From: Octopus vulgaris
Taxonomy: Eukaryota
Assembly: GCA_951406725.2 (NCBI GenBank)
Contig: OX597816.1
Coordinates: forward strand, 79,360,001 to 79,424,000
Direction of reading: 5' to 3'
DNA: 64,000 nucleotides
The translations under genes and the position numbers were made by a program. Positions 14,856 to 27,700 of this stretch are shown here, in pieces; position 1 is the stretch's first letter, and every line of letters starts with the position of its first letter. Below the pieces are notes generated by a model. The model had not been told where the DNA came from. It worked only from the letters and a program-made list of their open reading frames with translations, and searched no databases.

Positions 14856-15291
14856 GTGAAGTATTTTTTTAATATTTAAATTCCTTTTTGTTATAAAATG
14901 TATTTCTCCATGATAGCAAGTATCAAATATGCCCATAGAAGATTAAGAATCACAGTTATAGATTGACTATTTCTCTCCTAGTCTATATTAGATTTCTCCT
15001 ACAGTTATTTCTACCCATTCATTGATATTTTCATGCAGCAATATCTTAATCCACTATTCATTTTTATTACTACAAACACATTCTCAATACAATTAGCATT
15101 TACAAATTTAATGAAAAATAATGGCATAATTTCTATTCTATCAGAATATAACTTTCGGTAACCTCTGATATTACACAAGCTGTCTTATTTTATTAACAAA
15201 GTTATATTCTGTAAGCTTTTTCATACAATCCATACAAGCCTTGATCCCTGATGATGGCATCTATATAAAATAAAACATTTTATTGTTGCAG

Positions 15292-15597
15292 GTCATTATG
15301 TAATGTCAACTTCCAGTGAAGATAGCTATCTATTTTTCCCTAAAATAAGTATTGAAGACACTTCCTGTCTTAACTTTTATTACACGTTTTTTGGAGATGG
15401 TAACGTATCAGTGTATGACAATGATACTTTCCTATTGAGCCTTTCTAAATTTGATCCTGATATGTGGAGAGGTGTCAATATTACACTGCCCAGTGGAAGT
15501 CATAGCATTAACTTGCTATACTCAGGTGGAAATAACAAGATTGGAGCAGTGGCACTTGACAGTGTTTCATTAATCCCAGGAAGATGTATACTCAAAG
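15292..15597 (+). CDS. Exon 8: MAM domain 3, C-part
   Basis: tgcag|...|gtaaga. GHYV...SCLNFYY...W...GAVALDSVSLIPGRC. Confidence 0.92.
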
Positions 15598-16169
15598 GTA
15601 AGACAGTTCTTTTTTACTTTCCTTAATACAATTTCAGGTAACAAGAATAAGAAGTTATGGCAAATGCATACATCCACAAACTTGTAACAGTTTGAGTATT
15701 CATTTGGAAAGTCTTTATATTCCACCATTTATAAACTTCGATTTTTACTTTATGAAGACTGATTATAGTTACAGCAAAGCAAATCTGAACACCTGTTTTA
15801 TTTTTCCAAACCAATGGTATTATTAATAAATAATTCTCTCCTACCTAAATTAAGCTATGTTTATTTAAAATTTTCTTTATATGTCAACTTAAAAACAATG
15901 ATCTGATTAGTTTGAACTGTAATCTTATGAAGGTGTTCTATATCTGAATACAGGTATTGTTTCAGGCTGGGTTTGTAACTTACAGCATCTATAGTACATG
16001 CTCAATAATTGATATATGTATCAGTAAGACCTATCTTTACAAAACATGCTTATGCAGACGTCCAAAGGATATGGTTGTCAATGTTCTTTTTACAGGTTTT
16101 GTAATTTAAAATGACACTCTCCAGGTAGATGAAGCATTCGACTGTGTTAGGGGTATGTCCTTCAATACT

Positions 16170-16900
16170 GATTTAATATAGTAGGTACATATGATAGTTT
16201 CTGGAACTACACTTCAAAGCTTGACAGAACTGTCTGGAGGGCCACCTCTGTGAGTGCTAGAAGGGTGCAATCCTCTGCAAACTACAGGTCAAGGATGAGC
16301 ACTTTCAGAATTGTTGTGCAAGCTGTCAGTATGGAAATGGATGTAGATGCCCTCATGCAAGTCTTCCTTGGCCTTTCACAGCATCATGCTGAAGAAGATT
16401 GTAAAGAGAGTCAGCACCAGAACAGAACTCTGTTTCACTGTTCCCTATGGGGAAGGACTCCAACAGGTCACCATTGTACTTTATCAGTCCCAAGCATTGA
16501 AACCATGCTACAATCCAGACAGCTCAGGTGGGTAGACATGTGTCATGCAGGGAAAAATCCATAATACTAAAGGCCTGTATTAAAAGGTCTAGGAAAAAGA
16601 GATGGAGGAGACCCCTAGAAACATTTTACAGACCAGTTGAAACACCAGCTTACTCAGGCAGAGATAGACCCTAGACGATATGATGGAGCTGCAGCACAGA
16701 GGGAGGTGAAGAAAAATTGCATCCAGATCTCTGCAAGCAATGATGATAAGGCCAAAGCAACTGTAGTAGATGAGAGACAGCATAGAAGGAGTCATAATCA
16801 GGACTCCCATCTGACAAAAGCCTGTATATTTGCCCAAAGCACACTAAAGCCTGTTGTTCAAGGATTGGTTTGCACAGACATTTAAGGGCTTGCCACTCTT
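16170..16900. mobile_element. RTE relic with opposed fragments
   Basis: - strand DL*FAEDC (decayed LFADDC) near 16265-16290. + strand SIETMLQSRQLRWV, an RTE C-terminal motif, from about 16490. Confidence 0.55.
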
Positions 16901-17183
16901 TCTCATGATGTTCAGACATAAAAAAGTGCCATCACATATCTTTATAATACTGAAAATTCAAAATGAGTTTGCCTGTATGATTCTGTGATGATAAAGTGTT
17001 TTTATTTACATACTTTTACAGAAAAGTTTCTTTGTTTGAAAAAAAAAATCTGTATATTTCTGGTCCCCAGAACCCTCAAAACAAGAGATTTGTTCCTTTC
17101 CAATATAGAAAAGAAACTTCTCTAATGGAAAAAAGACAACAAGAAAATTATGCACACAAGGACACACACTTTTACATTCAAGA

Positions 17184-17214
<31 letters not shown>

Positions 17215-17577
17215 TGTGCATGCATATATGCATGCTACAAATAGAGAACTCCTGTACAAAAAACATTTAAATCAATACAGGCTTGACATATGGTTGACAT
17301 ATGGATGATGGGTGATTTGAGAATTTCAGGTAGAAATAAATGGTCACTGCATCTGCATAAGCGTGGACAATGTTAGGTGTGATGGCAATGGGTCACAGAT
17401 TTATAAAAGGAAGAGAGTCAAGGACAAAACTAATTCACTGAACTTCTGTAAAGATCCCACTGTTGAGTGACATAGGATATTAGGTGTGTAGTAGATCTGG
17501 TCTGTAGAAGTCACACTGATAGTCACTGAAGAGAGAAAAAGAGAGAAAGAAAGAGAGACAGACAGATTATGAGTGTA

Positions 17578-17632
<55 letters not shown>

Positions 17633-17751
17633 CATGGTAATGGAGGGAGAATATTATTGTTAATAGTTGTCTTCATTGCTTGATAAAATAAATAGATATA
17701 ATTTCATTATTCCAATAGTATTCATTGTTTTGTTTCTTTTTCATTTAAAAG

Positions 17752-17865
17752 GTTGTGGAAAGGATTGGTATCCATGTAATAACAACTCTACATGCTATCC
17801 TTTCATTGCAAAATGTGATGGCATACAAAATTGTCCTAATGGAGAAGATGAAAATAATTGCAATG
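17752..17865 (+). CDS. Exon 9: LDLa domain 3
   Basis: aaag|...|gtaaat. CGKDWYPCNNNSTCYPFIAKCDGIQNCPNGEDENNC. Confidence 0.92.
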
Positions 17866-17972
17866 GTAAATTATATATATTTGATTTTGTTGAATAGCAT
17901 TGATTCAGAATAAATATTTTGTTGAAATAATTTTTTAGTGAAGGCAGGAACATTTAACAAAAACAATAACCC

Positions 17973-18009
<37 letters not shown>

Positions 18010-20869
18010 TTCTTAGCATTGCTTTTATCCAGTATGTATCAATCATGTCCATTACTTGTCAAAACCAGGGTGGTACCCTGTACATAGCAGTTGATGCTTC
18101 TAATTCTCAGTTGTATTATAAGTTCACTTCTGCCCAGTATTTCATGCTAATTAATATTGCATATCAATGAAATCATACTCAACACAGTCTTCTCAAAACT
18201 CATCAAATCTTTCACATCCAGGGTACATGATGTTCTTCTATGCATCATTGCATTTCTTACTCAGGCTTCAAGAATCTGCTTCTTAAATGGAGAGATACAT
18301 AATTTGTTGCCAACAGAAGTAATATTTCTTTCGCAACTTCCAACCCTTTCTTGCTCTAGAATATAACAGCCTAAATACCTTCTTTCTCGACTATGTTATC
18401 TTGTAAGCAGAAAATATCTACTAAATATGGCAATCCATCCAATGAATTCCTTGATTTCCTTTAACGAGTACTCTTAAACAACTTGTACAACACTTATTGC
18501 TCTTATACCCTTAATGTTTAAAATCCTGCTATATTTTCCCCAACACATTGTTTCAACTTTGATAAATTAAAAAAATGGTCTTGCTCAATATTTAAGAGCT
18601 GATTTCTCTCTGAACAAGATCCTTTTTCATTTGTTACAGTGGTTTTTACATCTGCTGATTCTTATTATTTGGTCTTTGCTATGTTAAATTAGTGACCTTT
18701 TGACTTCATAGACCATTCTTCCAGACTATAAATATTTTTGTATCTTTGCAGTAGATTCTTTAGTAAGAACCAAATAAGAATGAAGTAATAGGTAAAAAGA
18801 AAACTATGTGGGTATCAGAATACTGCCCTATTGATATGTAACCTTGAAATTACTCGGTAGTTTGCCTTTTATTATATATACTTGTATGAGATCATGATAT
18901 AAATGTATGTGATCGGTCATGTCAAATCTTTTAGTAGAAGATTCCACTCCTTATTGTACTTCTCTGCTGTTGAGTGATTATGGAGTGTATATCCACTAAA
19001 CATTAGCCAAAAAGGAATTCACTTAGAACATCATGTTTTCTGAAAGCGGTTGTAATTGAGAAAATATTGTTTGTACAAGTTTCTTCTTCCTGTTAAGGAA
19101 TCTTACTATTCCTTAACATTCCTGAAGTCCTTGGAAGTTATATGTAATGCTAGTGTATCTTAAGAATGGAGTAAATTTTACAGATGAGCAATCTCTTCTT
19201 TTCTGTTTACAGTTTCACTATGATGCCAATTGCTTTGATTAAATTTGTTATTGTTGAGTTAAAATGCAAGCCACCACCAGTATTTTGGTCATTAAAACCA
19301 TCAGCACAAAAAAGTGTTGTTCTGCCACCAAGATAGAAAGGATATTAACCTGTACTAACTCAGTGATTGAGAAGAGTTGTACTCTCTTTACAAATTTAGT
19401 TGGAAGACTAAATTGTAGTGAGCCCTAGGTTTTTTATGAGTTTATGATGCACTTTTTACAAGTCCTCTGTATACCAGTAATGAGTTTGCCAGTAGAAATA
19501 TATAATTATTTATTTACTGTATATAATTAGTAATTTTTTTATATATATAATTACTAATTTGGAGGATCTCCTTTCAGGGATTTATTGCCTGATATGCTAA
19601 TCTGTTAGATTCTACTGTGATTTGAGACAACAAAGTACAAATATTAGAAACAGAGAAAATAGTTGGCAGAAAGCTCTACAAGCTTCTGTCTTTTGTTATT
19701 CATAAATGCAGCTTCTTAAAGATGTATGATATTAAAGCAAGTTTAAGAGTAGCCAGCATAAAACATTAACTTTTGCTTAATTTTCATCGAGAATTCAAAT
19801 GTATCATACATACAGAGATGATACAAGTGCTTCTTCATCATTTTGAGACAAAGATAGATAAGATTAGGATCAAATAGTTAGACAAAAAGATTGATCAAGA
19901 CGATCAGCTTAGGTACTTATATAGAGCAAACTGTTTACAATTATAAAAACCAAAGCATTTTATCGGATTGATCACTCCAGAAAACTGGAAAGCAAGTTAC
20001 GTTATATGACAATAATTACTAACAACTGAAAGCATTTGGTGAACTAATAACCAATAATGTTAATTCTTCAAGGACTTGTTCTTGTCTTCCTTTTCTTTTG
20101 ATCACTTTTTCTTTTCTCATTTTTTTTCTACAGGAAAAAAGCTATTAAAGTGACCTGAACACAAGTCCAATTTTTGATGGTTCAGTGCACAGCATATTGA
20201 ACTAACTTCAAACTATTACCTCATTATATTACTTTTGTATATTACTCGTTCTTAATTTATATACACTGGTGAAATGAAAATTAAAACAGACTCTTATAGC
20301 ATTGCAGTGCTGAGCACTATTGTCATCGTCGTCATCCTCATTATCATCATCATCATCATCATCCTCATCATCATAATCATTGTCGCTGTCATCATTGTTA
20401 CCATTGTCATCTTTGTCATCATCATTATCACCATCATCATTGTCATTACTTAATATCTGTTTTCCATGATGGCATGGGTTGGATGGTTTGACAGGAGCTA
20501 GCAAGCCAGAGAGCTGCACCAAGCTCTAATTGTCTGTTTTAGCAGAGTTTCTACAGCTAGATATCCTTCCTAATGCTAACTACTTTACAGAGTGTACTGA
20601 GTGCTTTTTATGCGGCACCGACATAGCATAAAAACACAAATTTAAATACTTTAATTAGTTTGTTGCTCTTTTTCAGTCACTTCCATTAATCTTGTGTAAG
20701 GAATCAGTATTGCAACTGATATTACTGTATTAATTTGACAGAATTGGTAGAATTGCCCATGTTTAGTTTCACTCTTCTGCATTTCACATTTTGATGCAAA
20801 ATCACCCCAGAATCAGCTTTGCTTTTTGTGTCTACTGGGTATATAAAACAAATAAAAGTAACAATGGCA

Positions 20870-20909
20870 TATGGCGTAGTGGTTAAGAGCGATTCCAGGC
20901 AGTGACCTA

Positions 20910-20954
<45 letters not shown>

Positions 20955-21090
20955 GACAACAACAACATCAAAAATACCTTAGGAATGAGAACCTGATGAA
21001 GGCTGGAGAGTATATCTGCTGAAACGTTGTGTTAACAACAAACAAGTTTGCCAGTAGAGATATATAAATATCTGTCAAATGTAAATAATA
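20870..21090 (+). mobile_element. tRNA-headed SINE-like element with (AAT)n and a decayed hammerhead-like motif
   Basis: TGGCGTAGTGGTTAAGAGC A-box-like head, then (AAT)n, then CTGATGA 20993-20999 and GAAAC 21021-21025. Confidence 0.55.
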
Positions 21091-21390
21091 TAGAACAATA
21101 GTAACAGCAATTTGGACATAAATTTTGTCAGAAGATATCAAAACCCTAACAAGTATTTGAGTATATAGCAGGCAAACTTGCTAGCAAGCTCAGTTAAATA
21201 CCTAACTGTATTTATTATGATTTTTCATTGTTCTGAATTTAAATCCTAAGGCCATCAACAGTGTTATTCATATATTCCAGAAATACATGTCAGTTGAGCA
21301 AATTGATTTATCACCTCATCTTTACAGAGTGACTCATCCATTATGCAAACTAATCAATATTTTAATCTATATTTTTCTTTATTAATATAG

Positions 21391-21538
21391 GTACAAAACG
21401 ACCATATAGATTAGTTGGTGGTAGAAGTTTGCTGTCAGGAACAGTGGAAAAGCTTTATGGTTCAACGTATTACCCAGTGTGTGCAAAAGTATATACTAAT
21501 GATGGGCTAAAAGATATCTGCTCTCAATTTGGTGCCAG
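21391..21538 (+). CDS. Exon 10: SRCR-like domain 1, N-half
   Basis: tatag|...|gtaaat, phase 1-2. YRLVGG...SGTVE...PVC...DICSQFG. Confidence 0.88.
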
Positions 21539-21778
21539 GTAAATATTTCATTCTATATTTTATCAACTATTAATATACTTGTAGGATTAAAAACTGATAA
21601 CTATTTTAATTAAATATATCCTTTTGTGTAAAATACTACTAATTGTATACCCATGGCATAAAAATAAGCAATACTTATTTCAGTTAGAGTGAACAGGAAA
21701 ATATCCTTTACAGTTATAATATTTACTTTTGCTCAATTTCCATCAAGAATTCAGTTATTATATCTTTCCTAATTTGTC

Positions 21779-21824
<46 letters not shown>

Positions 21825-22559
21825 TGTGTGCATGTATATCATCATCATCCTCCTCATCATCATTTTATATCTGTTTTCCATGCTGGCATGAGTTGGATGG
21901 TTTGACAGAGCTGGCTAGGATGTGAGCTGCACTTGGCTCCATTTTCTGATTTGGCATGATTTCTATAGTTGGATGACTTTCCTAATTCCAACCACTTTAG
22001 AGTGTGTACTAGGTGCTTTTTGCATGGTTTCAGCATCAATAATGTCACTGAGTAATTTACAAGTCAAAAACTCCCAACTTAAAAGAGGAAGTAGTATTGA
22101 AGGAGGTGGTTGTACCAGTTGATGAGAGATTAAAGTGAAGAGGGATAGAGACAAGTGTATCTTGATGGAAAAGAAAGGAAAGGAGAGAAGACAAAGAGAG
22201 AGGATGAATCAGAGAATAAGATAAAGAGAGCGAGAGTGAGAGAGATAATGGCAGACACAAGGAACTGTTGGGGGTGGTGGGAATAAGTGAGGTTATACAT
22301 AGGTTTGGGTTGGGTGTGTGGGCAGAAGAACTGCAATTGATGGAGAGAAATATAGGAGTGGCTCAATGGGTTGCAGTAGATATGTGAGGGCATTGAGGGA
22401 GATAGAAGATAAGTGAGAATAGCACTGGGGAGAGATGGTACAGAAAGGAGATGATTGGTGGGGATAGCAGACAGTGGAAGTGGTTTGGGGTGAATGAAGG
22501 AAGGTAATTGAGAAAGCAAGAGGGATATAGTATGTGCCTATTCTACCCATAGGTGATAA

Positions 22560-25330
22560 AGAAGTGGTGGATGTTAGTGAGTTCTTGTTGAGTGAGTTGT
22601 ATCCAGGTATGGGTGGCTTATCTGGTATTCCTTGAAGAAATCTGTCCAGACTCTTTAATTAGTTTTGGGACAATGTTAAACAGGGCAGGACCTGTTGAGG
22701 AAAAGAAATTATGTTGCAGTGTACCTATATGATGTGATCTTGAATTGGGCAGGGGAGGTATGGCTCATGGTCCCAGCCTTAGATGAACCTTGAAACTAAT
22801 GTTCAAGTTATTTGGGCAATGCTGGTGGTATATTCTCCACATCGTACAAATGATGTACTGCTCGTGGTGGCGCTGGAGAGAGTAGAGTTTCAAGGTTTTA
22901 AGGCAGTACCAGTAATCGAGATCCGTCATGCCTCTGGGGTGATTCAACCCTCGAGATGTTTTTTTTTGTATGGAGAGACCACAGGGGGCAGCAGTATTCG
23001 AGGTGTGGCTGTACAAAGGAGAAAGTGGAATGATGACACCTTGTTCTCTGGACTGGAAAGTTCTTAAGATCCAGGAGCTCATCCTGTGGGCTATATCGAC
23101 CTTATTGTTATCAACAATTACACTTAGGTCCCTGATATTATTAGTTGCCGTGAACGGTTCCCCAGAAGGAAGAGAGTATGGCTATTTTAGTATAGACTTT
23201 CTTCCAAAATGCATCAGCTCAAATTTTCACTCATTCAGTTGCATTTTGTTTTTGTCTGCCCATTGACTCACAGCATATAGATCAGACTGGAGTTGAGTTC
23301 AGTCTTCCTCTTCATTGATGGTTTTCAGGAGCTTATTGTCATCAGCAAATATTTTCACTTTGCAGTGATTTATGATGCTAGAAAGGTCGTTTATGTAAAT
23401 TATAAAAAGGAGAGGGCCTAAGACAGTCTCCTGAGGGACACCACTGGTGATTTTTGCTGGGCTTGAGTGGACTCCATTGACTACAACTTTTTGCGTTCTA
23501 TTCGCCAGGAAATACTTAATCCAGTGTAGAAGTTTTCCATGGATTCCAGCATTTGCCAATTTTGAGAGTAAGATATTATGGTCAACCCTGTCGAATGCTT
23601 TACTGAAGTCAAGATATATGACATCAGAGTTTGAACCTGTTCCCAAGGCTTTAAGTATATCTTCAATGTGGTGTAAGAGCTGTGTTAGACAGTCCCTGTC
23701 ACAGCAAAAGCTATGCTGATTTGCATTTAGGAATTTGTGGGTCTCCAGGAAATCAGCTACCTTTGATCTTACCACTCTTTCAAACACTTTAATGATGTGG
23801 GAGGTGAGTGAGACTGGGCGATAGTTGACTGCGAGGGATCTGTTTCCCTGCTTGAAAACTGGCATGACATACTGGGATTGGAGCTGTTTTGGTATATAAA
23901 GAATTTCTCCCGAGGTTGGTCTGAGGGACTGCAAGTTGGTGTCTACATTCCTTCAGGAGACTAGCGGGGAATCTATCAGAGCCTACAGAAGAATAGTATT
24001 TGACCTTATTTATTGCTGCTATGATGTCTGAGGTAGTGAAGGTTATGTCCGAGATTTTATGCTGGGAATCAACTTCGTTCGCTTCTCTTACGTCAAAATC
24101 AGTGGGATCACTAAAGACAGAGCAGTATTGTTTCTGCAGTATTTCTGCCATTTCTTTAGCATCGTGTTGGGGAATGCCGTTATCATCAATCAATGGCCCA
24201 ATGGGTGAGACAGCAGTTCTATACTTATTTGCATGAGTAGAACACTTTTGGGTTCTGTTTGATGCTTTTGATTACCCACTGTTCCTCTGCAGCTCTTTGA
24301 TTTTCAATGGAGGTTTTCATGTTGGTCTGCAGATGAAGTTTTTCCAACTCCAGCCTTTCATTGTTGTTGAATGTGGAGTATTTTAATTAGTTGATTTTTT
24401 TATTGAGTCTTTTGATGTGCCTGATGAGTGTTCTTTTCTTTTTAGGGAGCTGGTTTCAGTTTGTGTAAGTGGATTTTGTAGGTGCATGTTTTGAACATGT
24501 ATAGGTGACGATTTTCTCAAAGTGTTGCCATGCGGTCTGAATGTGAGTGGAACTGAGAGTGAAAGACCAGTCGATGAAGGACAGATCCTTTCTGATTGCT
24601 CTCCAGTCTGCTTTGTGGAAGTTTATGTTATTAAATGAGTGCCGTGGAGTGGGATTGGCTGGTTTGGTTTTGATATGCTGGGAATTAAAATTGCAGAGTA
24701 TCATTAGGTCAGATATCAATGAGGATGTTGTTTGTTGAAATGACCCCTGGGCTGTTGGAGTTGGGTCAGTTGGTGCACTACATCCATTGACAAGTTTGGC
24801 TTCTAGTGTTGCCATGTGATCATGTAAAGTATGAAATGATCTTGTGATTTCTTTTATTTTGTTTTCAATCTGTTTTACAGATCTGTAAAAGGATTGTGAC
24901 TCTAATTTTACAGCGATTTTTCAGTAGACATTAGCTTTTACACAATCGTTATGGTGAGTGTACCAAGCGTTTATCAGTGCACTGATTTCGTTTTCTGCCC
25001 AGTTGCATTTTAGAATATTATTGGCTATATTCAATGGGACAGTATTATACACTGTGCGTCAGTTACTGATGACTTGATGTATAATAGTGAATGCACTGTT
25101 GAAAAGTTTGTGTCGATATATTTGGAAATGCATGGCTATATCTGGCTGTGTGAGGGAGAGTTCAGTGTATTTCGTTTGAATCAGAACGAGCGGTGTGTTT
25201 AATACAAATTGAGAGAAAAGAATTGTATTCATGAGACTAGTTTTAGAACTAATCTTGGGTTTAGTTTTGCCTTATATTTGTTTCTCCAGGTTGTATGTAA
25301 TTTTGTGTAAATTTATCCTCCGATAATAGT
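22560..25330 (-). mobile_element. CR1-like LINE pseudogene (RT) with N-terminal Myb/SANT-like domain
   Basis: NYRPVSLTS, YLDFSKAFDRVDH, GVPQETVLGPLLF, IFADD, IKQNPKVFY and C-terminal GPALFN. Contains frameshifts and stops. Ends approximate. Confidence 0.9.
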
Positions 25331-25455
25331 AAAATAGTAGAATAATAGAATTCAAGAGTTCTGGGAATAAAAACAAGGAAAGTTACTGCTGTTTTGAGCT
25401 GAAATAAGGAATATGAAATTACTCATACAAATTATGTTTTTGTTTTCTCTTACAG

Positions 25456-25601
25456 CGTCACTGTAACACACCAATTATACAGAGCATATATGAGAGGAAG
25501 TTACTATTCTTGTTCTTCTCGATATTCTTTTACATGCTCAAGGTACCGATGCTCCAGTCGTTGTTCATGCAACTCGCTGTATTTGACTTGTTCTGATACG
25601 G
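25456..25601 (+). CDS. Exon 11: SRCR-like domain 1, divergent C-half
   Basis: tacag|...|gtaaga. Phase 2-1 fits both neighbours. Cys-rich, ends LYLTCSDT. Confidence 0.78.
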
Positions 25602-26519
25602 GTAAGACATTAACAGTATTTTTCTTTATTTATACTTTGTGGCTGTATGAATGCTACAGAGAATATATCAATCTCCAAGTGCTTCAAAACTACAATGGAA
25701 TTTCTTTGCCATTGAAGTTGCTTCACTTTCTTGAAGTTATTTATGTACATTACAACTTTGCATATAAGTTTTTTTCAAAAATTAAAAAAAAGTGAAGTAA
25801 CATCATAAGAATTAAATAAGTGCTTGATATTGAAATTATAAAGTGAATACTTCCCTCTATTGCTTTCCAACAATTTTCCTTCCACTTATTTAATAACTCT
25901 TTTTGATGAGAGTTGTATTCTTGCAATGAGTTTAGGAAGACAAGATTATGATGAAATTTTAATAATCTTCATTTAGTCTGCTAATTTCTGAGAAATGCCT
26001 GGATGTTATGTTGTGTCAAACACCCTCTGATTCCATTGATCTATCTTTTCCATGTTTTCCCGTTTTTCATCATTTCTGCATCAGTTTTTTGTAAAGTATG
26101 TATCTGCCAACAACTATTGCACATATATTTGACAAAACCTGCCTCTTCTTATACTTACCTAACAGCAACCCATGAATTTAACTCTGCATTGTTGATAGTC
26201 TCTTTTAGTTATAGCATATTTTCATATAATACACAGTTCAGTAAATGCTGCTTCCAAGAAATATTCTTCAATATTGTAACAAAGAGGTTAACTCTTTTGT
26301 TTCCATATTTCTGATAAACAACATTACCTTTGTTTCAATGAATTTTGAAAATCATGAAAAATTTAGTAAAATAACTTGATCTTTAAAACACTGATGTTTG
26401 GATTTTAAATTAATATACACTTTTGAAGGAAGATTTCAATTTAGATCATTTTAAAACTGGGAGTGTATAGCATAGAACCAGGAATATCCAGGTGGGTTGG
26501 TGTCAAAAGGGTTAACATC

Positions 26520-27700
26520 TTGGAATACATTTCATTTAGTCTGATTTATATGGCTTTCCTATATTTTACAACATTGAGATCCTTATAGAAAAATACTTTG
26601 CACAGAGACTCTAAAAGACTGCACTTCAAGGTTATTATATAAATTTGATTCCTATATTGCAGAGATCTTGTTCATTGCTTCCCACATCAATTCAATTCAT
26701 ATTTTACCATTTCTCTTTGAGCTTTTATCCATTTTCAGGTTTGCACACTTTGATGATAGTATATTTTCTTTTAGTTGGTTCAAAACTATGCACTTAGTCT
26801 TACTGGCATCGTAATATGATCTGTTTTGCAAGTTTCCAATGTGTGGAAGTAGTAGTTGAAATTTTGAAAATAATAGTTTTAAAATGGTATCTGCTTTTTA
26901 AAGAGCTATTTCAAAATCTTTTTCTTTTGCAATTGTTGTATTTCTGTATCACTATCAAATGGTAAAACACAAGCAACAGTTTCTTTGTAGATAATGTTGA
27001 CTTGCATCTATGATGGTGTCTTGGATTCTATATGTCCTAACAATCTATATCAGTTTGACTTGGTGGATTAAGTTGAAAGTGTTGCTAAAGTCTACAAATG
27101 ATATAACAGCTTTTAAGCTGTGATCATTGATACATTCAATAAGCCTTTGTATTGCAAGAATTTGTAATAATATTCACCTTACTGAATAAAAACCATATTC
27201 TGAAAGGCAACATTTGTTGTAGATTTTAGCTGCAATAACTGTTAAACTAATGCCTCAGTATTGTTTAACATATTCAAGATTTCAGTTTTTGAAGATTGGT
27301 ACAAAACCATTTTTCAACCAAATATTTGCCTTGTTTTAGTATTAAGCTTTTTTTACATTACAAATAATGTATTCAAGAGTTGTCATTTTCCATACTTCCA
27401 CTGCTTTATTGTTAAGACTTGATGCACTGCCATAATTGAAAAACTCAATTCAATCCTTTAGTTCTTTGGTAAAGTCATTTGTATCTAAAGGTAAGATTTC
27501 TTTAACATCATTACTGATAGGCTGATCTATGATATTTTATGACTGTTCAAGTAACTGATAAAGAAGTGTTCTTTCTTTCTTTTTTAATTTGGTCTTTAGA
27601 ATTGCTTGCTTTTAGTTCTCCTGTATTGGTTTTTCTTTTTCCCTGTTACTTTATTCAGGGTTGCTCATGTGAGAGAAAGGTACTGGTTTTCTAAAGCATT
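26520..27700 (-). mobile_element. Heavily decayed non-LTR RT relic
   Basis: - strand AVISFVDFSN (about 27080-27110) and GISLTVIAAK (about 27225-27255). Confidence 0.5.

Noticed and set aside
20229-20522. Poly-Asp ORF on the - strand
   Set aside because: A degenerate (GAT)n tail of an RTE 3' fragment.
20872-20900. tRNA gene
   Set aside because: Only an A-box-like segment with no cloverleaf; treated as a SINE head.
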